From Abditibacteriaceae bacterium (GTDB lineage: Bacteria; Armatimonadota; Abditibacteriia; Abditibacteriales; Abditibacteriaceae): DNA of 20,759 bases. The position numbers were made by a program, and so were the translations under genes. Below the pieces are notes generated by a model. It saw only the letters and a list, made by a program, of their open reading frames with translations. It had not been told where the DNA came from and searched no databases. The stretch is taken from the NCBI GenBank assembly GCA_031425655.1, contig JANPJS010000317.1, positions 1 to 20,759 of the forward strand, written 5' to 3'. How positions within the stretch are numbered: the stretch's first letter is position 1; each line of letters opens with the position of its first letter. Shown piece by piece: positions 1 through 9,166 of the stretch.

Positions 1-81
1 TATTTTTAATATATTTTCTAAAATAAAAAAATCGGCGCTTTGTCATTTGCCCCGCCCCGCTTCTTGTTGGCAGCCAAGCTT

Positions 82-2229
82 TTACTTCTTGGCGCCGATG
101 GCTTCTTTGCCTTTGCTCAGAATGTCTTCCTGAATATTGGACGGCACCGGCTCGTAGTGCGACGGCTCCATCGAATAGGTCGCGCGGCCTTGCGACATCG
201 AGCGCATTGTAGTTGCGTAGCCGAACATTTCGGCTAACGGGACGTGAGCGCGCACAATCTGGCTGCCGCCTTTGTCGGGGCGCATTTCCACGATTTTACC
301 GCGACGGCTCGACAAGTCGCCGATGATGTCGCCCATGTAGTTTTCCGGCGTCACGACTTCGATGTTCATAATCGGTTCGAGAATCACCGGCTTGGCTTTG
401 CGAACCGCTTCCTGCATTCCGTAGTTGCCGGCGATTTCAAAGGTCATGGCGTTCGAGTCCACTTCGTGATACGAGCCATGCACCAATTCGACGCGCACGT
501 TCACGAGCGGATAACCGGCCAAAACGCCACGTTCCATCGCTGATTTGGCGCCCTTTTCGACGCTCGACCAGAATTCGCGCGGAACCACGCCGCCCACGAT
601 TTTCGACTCGAATTCGTAGTTGGCGCGCGTGCCGTCTTCCTTTTCTACGGTCGGCATGACGTTGATTTCGATGTGCGCGAACTGGCCCGAACCGCCCGTC
701 TGCTTGACGTGCTTGTAAACCAGGTTGTCCACGCGCTTGGTAATCGCTTCGCGGTAGGCAACCTGCGGCTTGCCGATGTTCGCCTCGACATTGTATTCGC
801 GGCGCATCCGGTCAACCATGATTTCAAGGTGCAACTCGCCCATGCCGCCGATGATGGTCTGTCCGGTTTCGGCGTCGGTGCGAACCTTGAAGGTCGGGTC
901 CTCGGTGCCCAACTTGACAAGCGCGTTGGTCAACTTATCTTCGTCGTTCTTCGACTTGGCTTCGATGGCCTGAAAAATCACCGGGTCGGCGAAGTTGATG
1001 TTTTCCAGCAAGATCGGATTCTTGTCGTCGCTCAGCGTGTCGCCGGTCACAGTCGCTTCCAAGCCGACGGCGGCGGCGATGTCGCCGGCTACGACGAAGT
1101 CCACGTCTTCGCGTTTGTTGGCGTGCATCTTGAGAATGCGCGACACGCGCTCTTTTTTGTTCTTGCCGGGATTCAAAACATAAGAACCCTTCTGCAAACG
1201 GCCCGAATAAACGCGGAAGAAGGTCAATGTGCCGAACTTGTCGCTGATGATTTTGAAAGCCAGCGCCGAAAACGGCTCCGATTCCGAGGCTTGGCGCGTG
1301 GCGCTTTCGCCGGTATCGGGGTTGAGGCCGACAACCGCCGGCACTTCGAGCGGCGACGGCAGATATTTGATGACCGCGTCCAACATCGGCTGCACGCCTT
1401 TGTTTTTGTAGGACGAGCCGCAAATCACCGGCACCATGTCGTTGCGAATCGTGGCTTTGCGAATGCCACCTTCGATTTCTTCGATGGTCAACTCTTCGCC
1501 GCCGAAGAATTTCTCCATCAGCGCGTCGTCAGTTTCGGCGACCGCTTCGATGAGCATAGCGCGATATTCGTCAGCTTTGTCCTGCAAATCAGCGGGAATA
1601 TCTTGAATTTCGTAAGTCGAGCCGAAATCTTTGCTTTCGATGTAATAAACAGCTTTCATCGCTACAAGGTCAACGATACCTTTGAAGTCAATCTCGGCGC
1701 CGATGGGAATTTGCAGCGCGACGGCATTAGCTCCCAAGCGGTCTTTGACCTGACCCAACACTTCGTAGAAGTTGGCGCCGTCACGATCCATTTTGTTGAC
1801 GTAAGCCACGCGCGGCACCGCATAGCGGTTGGCTTGACGCCAAACCGTTTCCGACTGCGGCTGCACGCCGCCGACAGCGCAAAACACAGCGATCACGCCG
1901 TCTAAAACGCGCAGGCTGCGCTCGACTTCAACGGTAAAGTCAACGTGGCCCGGCGTGTCAATGATGTTAATGGTGTGAGAAGGGATGCGTCGCATACCAT
2001 CGGCAGTTAAATCAAGACCCCACTCGCAAGTGGTAGCCGCCGAAGTGATGGTGATGCCGCGCTCCTGCTCCTGCTCCATGTAATCCATGGTCGCAGCGCC
2101 TTCATGCACTTCGCCGATGCGATGCACGCGGCCCGCATAAAACAGAATACGCTCGGTCGTCGTGGTTTTGCCGGCGTCAATGTGCGCCGCGATGCCGATG
2201 TTCCGTAAATTCGCTAATTTGTCAGACAC
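82..2229 (-). CDS. fusA: Elongation factor G
   Basis: 715 aa; [10 protein letters not shown]-loop, ERGITI, DTPGH and NKMD GTPase motifs, EF-G domain IV/V signatures ([19 protein letters not shown]); GTG start after AGGAAGG; downstream of rpsG. Confidence 0.98.
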   Translation of the reverse strand: MSDKLANLRNIGIAAHIDAGKTTTTERILFYAGRVHRIGEVHEGAATMDYMEQEQERGITITSAATTCEWGLDLTADGMRRIPSHTINIIDTPGHVDFTVEVERSLRVLDGVIAVFCAVGGVQPQSETVWRQANRYAVPRVAYVNKMDRDGANFYEVLGQVKDRLGANAVALQIPIGAEIDFKGIVDLVAMKAVYYIESKDFGSTYEIQDIPADLQDKADEYRAMLIEAVAETDDALMEKFFGGEELTIEEIEGGIRKATIRNDMVPVICGSSYKNKGVQPMLDAVIKYLPSPLEVPAVVGLNPDTGESATRQASESEPFSALAFKIISDKFGTLTFFRVYSGRLQKGSYVLNPGKNKKERVSRILKMHANKREDVDFVVAGDIAAAVGLEATVTGDTLSDDKNPILLENINFADPVIFQAIEAKSKNDEDKLTNALVKLGTEDPTFKVRTDAETGQTIIGGMGELHLEIMVDRMRREYNVEANIGKPQVAYREAITKRVDNLVYKHVKQTGGSGQFAHIEINVMPTVEKEDGTRANYEFESKIVGGVVPREFWSSVEKGAKSAMERGVLAGYPLVNVRVELVHGSYHEVDSNAMTFEIAGNYGMQEAVRKAKPVILEPIMNIEVVTPENYMGDIIGDLSSRRGKIVEMRPDKGGSQIVRAHVPLAEMFGYATTMRSMSQGRATYSMEPSHYEPVPSNIQEDILSKGKEAIGAKK

Positions 2230-2322
2230 AAAAATCCCTTCCTATAATTGCGTGGATAATGCTGATTTTCGCCTACAAATCACGCTTTGCTTGCTTCGCC
2301 CGGCGAAAGGGCGCGTTGGAGT

Positions 2323-2404
2323 AAAAAAGCCTGCCTCTATACGCTGAAAACGCCCCCAGGTTGCAACCGCATTTGCAGGACAAAGGCGGCTGGCTGGGGG
2401 CGTT
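2323..2404 (-). other. Structured RNA element in rpsG-fusA spacer (11-bp stem, inner hairpin, possible pseudoknot, U-tract)
   Basis: Perfect inverted repeat AACGCCCCCAG 2349-2359 / 2394-2404; inner TGCAA/TTGCA; 2384-2391 complementary (one bulge) to 2328-2336, followed on the minus strand by T6. Confidence 0.45.
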
Positions 2405-2441
2405 CTATGAATGCGCGAAGCGAAAACGAATCGCTGAGAAT

Positions 2442-3445
<1,004 letters not shown>

Positions 3446-3569
3446 ATTCTCTTTTTCTCGCTGTTTCTCGCTTTACGCCACGTTTCGCGGCGCAAAAAAT
3501 ACCCTCGACCGGCCTTTTCTAATACGTTCCACGGGGCGAAACGCAAGACCGCGAGGGACAACCGCACAC

Positions 3570-3599
3570 ATTATAACAAGCCTGACAGTCAAAGCGCAA
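3570..3599 (-). promoter_or_regulatory. sigma70-type promoter of the str operon
   Basis: Minus strand TTGCGC-N18-TATAAT with extended -10 TG (TGTTATAAT). Confidence 0.65.
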
Positions 3600-3717
3600 C
3601 CGAAATAAATAGATTCATTTCAGTTCGATTGCAGCTCACTCTTTTGATAAATGCTCTCGCGGTGCGCCGGCCATAAAAATCAGGGGCAACGCCTTGTCTG
3701 ACGGCTTTTGGCGGCTT

Positions 3718-3987
3718 TTACTCTTCGTCTTTGGGACGTGGTAGGCGGCGTTCAAAAAGGAGTCTTTCATTTTCCAAGCGCAATAGTAGGTTTTCTCTAT
3801 CCCGCGCTTCGGTGTCCTTAGTATGCTGCATTTCGTCCCGCAAGCGCTGAAGTTCAAATATAACCTGCTGCATGGTGGTCGTCAGCTTCCGAACTTCCCC
3901 TTGTAATGCTTCGATATCCTTCTGATTCTTGTTTGTCTGCTGACCGAAAGCAAAAACCCACTTCGCCAAATCGTAGAATTTCTTCAT
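3718..3987 (-). CDS. Small hypothetical coiled-coil protein (89 aa)
   Basis: Heptad-like pattern (IEALQGEVRKL...LQRLRDEM); starts 3 nt after the stop of the upstream 59-aa ORF. Confidence 0.7.
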   Translation of the reverse strand: MKKFYDLAKWVFAFGQQTNKNQKDIEALQGEVRKLTTTMQQVIFELQRLRDEMQHTKDTEARDRENLLLRLENERLLFERRLPRPKDEE

Positions 3988-3990
3988 ACG

Positions 3991-4170
3991 TTACGCTACC
4001 TTCAATTCAGCTAATATGACTTCCGTCTCAGCGCGCATTTGCTCGATGCGAATCTGCCTTTCATCCATCTCTGTTTGCATCCGTTCCATTTCTGACAGAA
4101 AGCGGTCAATAGCCGCCTCGTATTCCGCATCCACGTTGGGAAGAGCCTCAAATGTGGTGGTTTTCTTCAT
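3991..4170 (-). CDS. Small acidic helical protein (59 aa; absent from ORF track)
   Basis: MKKTTTFEALPNVDAEYEAAIDRFLSEMERMQTEMDERQIRIEQMRAETEVILAELKVA; GGAGG SD 7 nt before ATG; own promoter. Confidence 0.75.
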   Translation of the reverse strand: MKKTTTFEALPNVDAEYEAAIDRFLSEMERMQTEMDERQIRIEQMRAETEVILAELKVA

Positions 4171-4188
4171 GGTTTTGCCTCCATCGAA

Positions 4189-4220
4189 ATTATACTATGG
4201 CCCGATAAAGTCACGCGCAA
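4189..4220 (-). promoter_or_regulatory. sigma70-type promoter of the two-gene small-ORF operon
   Basis: TTGCGC-N17-TAGTAT overlapping a perfect TATAAT (4189-4194), just upstream of the GGAGG SD. Confidence 0.55.
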
Positions 4221-4248
4221 CAGGCAGATTTGCTCTCCCTCCGAACGT

Positions 4249-4289
4249 AAAAAGCCTCCCGCGCGAGGCGAGAGGCTTTTTGTTTTTTT
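4249..4289 (-). terminator. Rho-independent terminator (probably bidirectional) of the 3D-domain gene
   Basis: AAAAAGCCTC...GAGGCTTTTT stem with T/A tracts on both sides; the inner mismatch is G-U on the minus strand. Confidence 0.8.
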
Positions 4290-4296
4290 ATTCAGT

Positions 4297-5607
4297 CTAC
4301 TCGGCTAAAATCCACACTTTGGCGGTGCGGCGACCATGCTGGAAGCATTCGCGCACCGTATTGAAAGCGAGGTCAATACGCTTGCCTTTGATGGCTCCGC
4401 CCGTATCGCAGGCGAAAGCGTAACCATAACCTTCGATGTAAAGTTTGGTGCCCAGAGGAATCACGCGTGGATCGGTAGCCACGGCGCCACGCACGCAGCG
4501 CATTCCCGTCGCGGTGTAGTTGCCGAGCGAGCCGCCCGCCGGCCCGGCGGCGTAGCCGCTGGTGTGGACGATCATGCTCTTAACGGGGCGCAAAGTTGAG
4601 CCTTGCGGCGCATCCGAGGCCATGCGATCACGCGGCGAACCGGCACGAGCGCTCATTTGCCGCTGCAGCTGAAACGCCCGTGCATAACGCTTGTGATAAC
4701 GCACCGACTGCGGCAAAAAGCGGTTGTCCACGCCTAAAGCGATAACTTTGTCCTGCGTCGGCACTGCGGTTTTGCGCGAAACGAAGACTTTCCGCACACG
4801 ATTGCCGCCGACGAAAGTCACTTTTTCGGTAACTTCGGACGTGCCGGATTTGCCGTATTGAATCAGTTGCTCGCTGCCCGGCGCGATGCGGGACGACAAC
4901 TGCACGCGGAAGCCGGGCGACAAGGCTTCGTCGCGCGTTTCCAATTTTTCGCGCACGGTTTCGACGCGCACTTTCAAGCCGTCACGCACGGGCGTTTTGG
5001 CGTCGGGGAAGATGCGGTCGGTCATTTGCAGTTCGACGCCGGCTTTCACAAGCGCCTGAAACACGTTCAGGTCGTCTGTGGCCGTCGCCGGGCGTGATTT
5101 TCCATCCACAACGAAGGTGAGCTTCACCGTGCGCTTCGGGAGAAGTTCCACAAGCGCGGCGGAAGCGGATTCAATTGCTGAGGAAACGGATGCGGCGGGT
5201 GTTACAGTTGTAACGGTGGTTGAGGAGGAAACCGGAGAGGGTTGGGAATCGGTGGTCGGTAGTGATTCCGGTTTTCCTGCTGGTAATGGAGCTTCGCCGC
5301 TTATAGCGGGCTGTCCATTTTCTTGAACCGGCGGTCTGAGCTTTTCGCTCACCGATTCAGTGTGATTTTCGTTGGCGGCGTTGGAACTGCGTCCAACCGG
5401 GAAAAGCGCTCCTGCGATAAAAACTCCAATGAGGAGCATCCATCGCCACTGTGCGCCGACCGACTGTGAGGGCAAGAACTGCTGCGTCCACGATTCCAAC
5501 AAGACTTCGGAACGCTTCGTCGCCTCACTGTGCGATCTCGGTGCGGGAATATGCACCAGGCATCGCCTCCTTGCGACTCGAATTTTTGACGCGCGGCCCG
5601 AATTCAC
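4297..5607 (-). CDS. YabE-like cell-wall protein: TM anchor, low-complexity linker, DUF348, G5 and 3D domains
   Basis: C-terminal 3D motif (VATDPRVIPLGTKLYIEGYG...ACDTGGAIKGKRIDL); G5-like segment; DUF348-like LVKAGVEL...DRIFP; hydrophobic segment WMLLIGVFIAGALF; start uncertain. Confidence 0.85.
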   Translation of the reverse strand: MNSGRASKIRVARRRCLVHIPAPRSHSEATKRSEVLLESWTQQFLPSQSVGAQWRWMLLIGVFIAGALFPVGRSSNAANENHTESVSEKLRPPVQENGQPAISGEAPLPAGKPESLPTTDSQPSPVSSSTTVTTVTPAASVSSAIESASAALVELLPKRTVKLTFVVDGKSRPATATDDLNVFQALVKAGVELQMTDRIFPDAKTPVRDGLKVRVETVREKLETRDEALSPGFRVQLSSRIAPGSEQLIQYGKSGTSEVTEKVTFVGGNRVRKVFVSRKTAVPTQDKVIALGVDNRFLPQSVRYHKRYARAFQLQRQMSARAGSPRDRMASDAPQGSTLRPVKSMIVHTSGYAAGPAGGSLGNYTATGMRCVRGAVATDPRVIPLGTKLYIEGYGYAFACDTGGAIKGKRIDLAFNTVRECFQHGRRTAKVWILAE

Positions 5608-5668
5608 AGCCGGCGTTGCCTCGAAAGGCTGATAACAAAACGGCGATCCTTATCGAATCGCCACGAAG

Positions 5669-5698
5669 ATTCTATGCCTGCTAACCCTAAAAAGTCAA
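5669..5698 (-). promoter_or_regulatory. sigma70-type promoter of the 3D-domain gene
   Basis: TTGACT-N18-TAGAAT. Confidence 0.55.
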
Positions 5699-5801
5699 GC
5701 TAAGGCGATCACAACGAACTCATAAAAACCGGGAATCAGGCTTGAATTGGCCTCACTCATCGCGTCAAGCTGTAAGAGTAACAAGCAAAGGAGAAACAAT
5801 C

Positions 5802-6572
5802 GTGAGCGACAATAATATCAAAGAATTTTTCGCCGAAAACGGCTATTATCACGCGAAAGCCGTCTTTTCGCTCGCCGAAATACGCGACTTGGAAAGCGAT
5901 TTCGACCGCATCGTGGCGCAGTTGCAAGGCAGCGGCGAGAACACCAATGCACGTTGGGGCGGCGAAGAAATGAAGCGCTTAGACGGCGGCGACTCGGTCA
6001 TCGTGCATACGCACAACGTTCAGTGCTTTAGCGAACGTTGGCTGCGCGCTTTTCAACAGCAGAACTTTTTGGATGTGGCCGAAGCGATTCTTGGCCCCGA
6101 CATTTTGCTGCATCACAGCAAATTGTTTCAAAAGCCGCCGGAAAAAGGCTCGCCGTTTCCGATGCATCAGGATTGGGGCTACTTTCCGACCGAAAAAGAC
6201 AGCATGATCGCCGGCATTATTCATGTTTCGGACGCGACGGACGAACTGGGCTGCCTGCGCGTTTATCCCGGTTCGCACAAATTGGGCCGCGTTCAAGGCA
6301 CGCAAGGCCAAAGCGATTCGGAGTTTTTGGACAAATATCCCATCGAAGAGGCCACAATCTGCGCAGCCGAGCCGGGCGACGTGCTGTTTTTCAGCTACTT
6401 TACGCTGCACGGCTCAATGCCCAACCGCTCGCCCAAAACGCGCAAAACCGTGTTGGCGCAATTGCACTCTGGCGACGACAGGGTCGAAGAAGCCAACAAA
6501 CACCCCAATGCGCGCTTGGTTTTGCGCGGCTGGAACCATCACGCCTCACGCAGCAACGCTGCCAAATCGTAA
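5802..6572 (+). CDS. Phytanoyl-CoA dioxygenase (PhyH) family Fe(II)/2-oxoglutarate dioxygenase
   Basis: FFAENGY, KPP...PMHQD (HxD), PGSHK, GDVLFF...LHGS..N.S...R; GTG 5802 after AAGGAG SD. Confidence 0.9.
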   Translation: MSDNNIKEFFAENGYYHAKAVFSLAEIRDLESDFDRIVAQLQGSGENTNARWGGEEMKRLDGGDSVIVHTHNVQCFSERWLRAFQQQNFLDVAEAILGPDILLHHSKLFQKPPEKGSPFPMHQDWGYFPTEKDSMIAGIIHVSDATDELGCLRVYPGSHKLGRVQGTQGQSDSEFLDKYPIEEATICAAEPGDVLFFSYFTLHGSMPNRSPKTRKTVLAQLHSGDDRVEEANKHPNARLVLRGWNHHASRSNAAKS

Positions 6573-6669
6573 TTAACCGCCAAGACACCAAGAACGCCAA
6601 GAAATTTTGCGTTTCTTGTCACACTTTTGCAAAAATTCTTGGCGTCCTTGGCGTCTTGGCGGTTAATTA
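6570..6669. repeat. Long palindromic REP-like element built from (A)CGCCAAG units, between convergent genes
   Basis: Arms 6570-6610 and 6629-6669 are 41-bp inverted repeats with 3 mismatches. Confidence 0.85.
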
Positions 6670-6674
6670 GCGAA

Positions 6675-7076
6675 TCAGGGAAGATCGGCGAGAATACGCT
6701 CCACGTTGGCAGTTAAAGTGGCGATGTCTATCGGCTTGGACCATAATTCGGCATCCACCGACTTGATGCTTTTTTTCGATATTTCTTCAAAATAAGCGGA
6801 TAAAAACACGATCTTTACGTCATCGCCGCGCGCACGAACGGTTTGCGCGACCTCTAAGCCGGTCGTGACCGGCATTTCCCAATCCAAAATCAGCAGGCAG
6901 AAGGGCCGGCCTTCGGCGCACGCTTGCTGATGCGCTTCGATGCCATCCTGCGCATTATGAACGACGTGGCTTTCAAAGCCCGTGTAATTCAGCATCATCG
7001 AAACGCATTTGGCGACTTCGCGCGAGTCGTCCACAATCAATACACGGCGTGAAGAAAGCGAGTCGGTTGGTTTCAT
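6675..7076 (-). CDS. Single-domain (CheY-like) response regulator receiver
   Basis: VLIVDD, LLILDWEMP (phospho-Asp), FLSA, KP motifs; ATG 7076 preferred, TTG 7142 possible. Confidence 0.85.
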   Translation of the reverse strand: MKPTDSLSSRRVLIVDDSREVAKCVSMMLNYTGFESHVVHNAQDGIEAHQQACAEGRPFCLLILDWEMPVTTGLEVAQTVRARGDDVKIVFLSAYFEEISKKSIKSVDAELWSKPIDIATLTANVERILADLP

Positions 7077-7138
7077 GGGTTTGATCTTCCACTGCAAACC
7101 ATAAGCCTCAAAATTCTCGGCGTTCGCGGCAGTGAAAT

Positions 7139-8524
7139 TCAATTCTCGATTTTCCAGCGTGTGCCCTGCGCGCCATCTTCCAGCACGATGCCGAGCGCTT
7201 TTAATTCGTCGCGGATTTGGTCGCTACCTTTGAAATCGCGGCGCTCGCGCGCATCGCCGCGCACTTGAATCAAAAGTTCAATCAGGCGCGGCGTCAGGCT
7301 GTCCCCGGCGGTTTTGGTTTCAAAGGTGAAGCCCAGAACCTGCAAAGCGGCGTGCGCCGAGGCCGCCAATGCGGTGTCGCCGCCGCGATGAAATTCGCTG
7401 ACCGCATCGAAAACCGCCGCGAGAGCTTCGGGCGTGTTCAGGTTGTCGCAAAGCGCGTTGCCAAAGCGCGTCCAGAAGGTTTTCGCGGCTTCGCTGCCCG
7501 GTTCGTGCTGCGCTTCGACTTCGCCTAAGGCGTTTTGCAATCGCGCCCAACTGCTTTTCGCCTGATTCAATTTTTCCGACGATTGATCTTCCTTATTAAA
7601 GGCGTAATCCAGCGGCGATTGCGGATGCGTTTGCAAAAACAGCAGGCGCCAGACCATCGGCGAGGCCATTTTGAGGCCGTCTTTAACCGTGATGAAATTG
7701 CCCAGCGACTTGCTCATTTTCTGGTTATCCACGCGCAATTCGCCGCAATGCCACCACGTTTTGGCGAAGCAGCGGCCATCGAGATAGCTTTCGCTTTGCG
7801 CGACTTCGTTTTCGTGGTGCGGAAAGACCAATTCGCGCGCTCCGCCGTGAATATCGAAGCCTTCGCCGAGAAGTTTGAGCGCCATCGCCGAACATTCGAT
7901 GTGCCAACCGGGTCGCCCGTCGCCCCACGGTGAATTCCACGCCGGTTCGCCCGGTTTGGCGCCTTTCCATAACGCAAAATCCGCCGCGTCGTCTTTGACT
8001 TCGCCGGGTTCGATGCGCGCTCCAGCATTGAGTTCTTCGAGTTTCTGGCCGCTGAGTTTGCCGTAATCTTCGTCTTTGCTGACATCGAAATATACGTCGC
8101 CGCCGACCGCGTAAGCGTAGCCTTTTTCGATGAGAACGCCGACCATTTCGATGATATTCTCGATGTTTTCGGTCACACGCGGATAATGATGAGCGCGCAG
8201 ACAGCCGAGCATTTCCAGCTCCACGGCGCCTTCTTCGGCGAAGCGGTTGGCCAAATCCAGCGCTGTCGTGCCGATTTCCTTCGCGCGGTTGATGATTTTG
8301 TCGTCCACATCGGTAACGTTCTGAATATGCGTCACTTCGAGGCCGCGCCATTCGAGCGCGCGGCGCAAAACGTCGTAGGTCAGAAACGCCCGCGCGTGGC
8401 CGATGTGCAGGGCGTCGTAAGGCGTGACGCCGCAAACGTAAAGCGAAATTTTGCCTGCTTCGCGCGGTTCAAGCTCTTCTTTTTTGCGCGACAGCGTGTT
8501 GTAAAGCGAAATGCCGGTTGTCAT
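7139..8524 (-). CDS. cysS: Cysteine--tRNA ligase
   Basis: YVCGVTPY, HIGH, GRPGWHIECSAM, FPHHENE, KMSKSLGNF motifs; C-terminal anticodon-binding helix SDQIRDEL. Confidence 0.98.
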   Translation of the reverse strand: MTTGISLYNTLSRKKEELEPREAGKISLYVCGVTPYDALHIGHARAFLTYDVLRRALEWRGLEVTHIQNVTDVDDKIINRAKEIGTTALDLANRFAEEGAVELEMLGCLRAHHYPRVTENIENIIEMVGVLIEKGYAYAVGGDVYFDVSKDEDYGKLSGQKLEELNAGARIEPGEVKDDAADFALWKGAKPGEPAWNSPWGDGRPGWHIECSAMALKLLGEGFDIHGGARELVFPHHENEVAQSESYLDGRCFAKTWWHCGELRVDNQKMSKSLGNFITVKDGLKMASPMVWRLLFLQTHPQSPLDYAFNKEDQSSEKLNQAKSSWARLQNALGEVEAQHEPGSEAAKTFWTRFGNALCDNLNTPEALAAVFDAVSEFHRGGDTALAASAHAALQVLGFTFETKTAGDSLTPRLIELLIQVRGDARERRDFKGSDQIRDELKALGIVLEDGAQGTRWKIEN

Positions 8525-8623
8525 GTTTTTTGAAATTTCTTAACTATTTGGCGCGATTAGGCATTGATAATTTGGCCGAGCAAACGAAAAAGCTGGTCGG
8601 CGCTACGCATATCGCAGGGAAAA

Positions 8624-8887
8624 TCAAGAGGCGCGTTTTTCCTGTTGAAGGTGTTGAGTCACCCAGTCGCGCAGTAATTGATCGAGTGGAACATGACGCT
8701 GGCGCGCCAATTCGCGCAAGTCGCGCAACACATCCGGCGTTACCGGGACGCGCACCGCGCTCTGGCGACGGCGGCGCACACGCAGGCGCGTCGTGTCATC
8801 GTGCATATCTTCCCAAAGCTCCGCCGTGTCGTGCGTTTCCACAAAGTCGGCAAGCTCTTCCTGTGATTGAAAATTACTTTCGTTCAT
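8624..8887 (-). CDS. Antitoxin, BrnA/CopG-like ribbon-helix-helix
   Basis: FQSQEELADFVETHD N-terminal motif; C-terminal RHH-like pattern (VRVPV...LRELARQRHVPLDQLLRDWV); overlaps the toxin stop. Confidence 0.75.
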   Translation of the reverse strand: MNESNFQSQEELADFVETHDTAELWEDMHDDTTRLRVRRRRQSAVRVPVTPDVLRDLRELARQRHVPLDQLLRDWVTQHLQQEKRAS

Positions 8888-9164
8888 ATAACGCCTTTTC
8901 CGACGCCGTCATGTCGCGTGCCGTTGCCACGTTAGCGGTTCCACGTCCTTTGGGAAATAAGGCGACGACCAGATAACGTCCAGCTTGAGTGCGGCCATAA
9001 ACGAGATATGAACCCGGCTCCACGTTACTCCGGCGCAATCGCGGCAATTCGTCGTCGTTTTCAATGACCTCATAAACCTCTTCTTCGGCGACATTGTGTT
9101 TCGCCCACAATTTGTCGGCCACACGCCCACTAATTCGCACTTCGAGGATGTCCTCAAATCTCAT
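8874..9164 (-). CDS. BrnT-family (RelE-like) ribonuclease toxin
   Basis: KLWAKHNV.EEEVYEV, YGRTQAGRYLVV, VATARDMT..EK..Y motifs. Confidence 0.8.
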   Translation of the reverse strand: MRFEDILEVRISGRVADKLWAKHNVAEEEVYEVIENDDELPRLRRSNVEPGSYLVYGRTQAGRYLVVALFPKGRGTANVATARDMTASEKALYERK

Positions 9165-9166
9165 GT

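Noticed and set aside
673..1905. 410-aa plus-strand ORF (and similar ORFs at 13607-14554, 7725-8435, 17459-18262)
   Set aside because: Antisense or alternate-frame shadows of well-supported genes, caused by GC-rich codon bias; no motifs or SD.
4016..4423. 135-aa plus-strand ORF
   Set aside because: Antisense to the 59-aa ORF with a strong SD and to the 3D gene end, and it crosses a terminator.
5606..5660. Hairpins in the 3D-gene leader as a possible c-di-AMP (ydaO) riboswitch
   Set aside because: An 8-bp hairpin and a UUCG hairpin are present, but the leader is too short and lacks the ydaO consensus.
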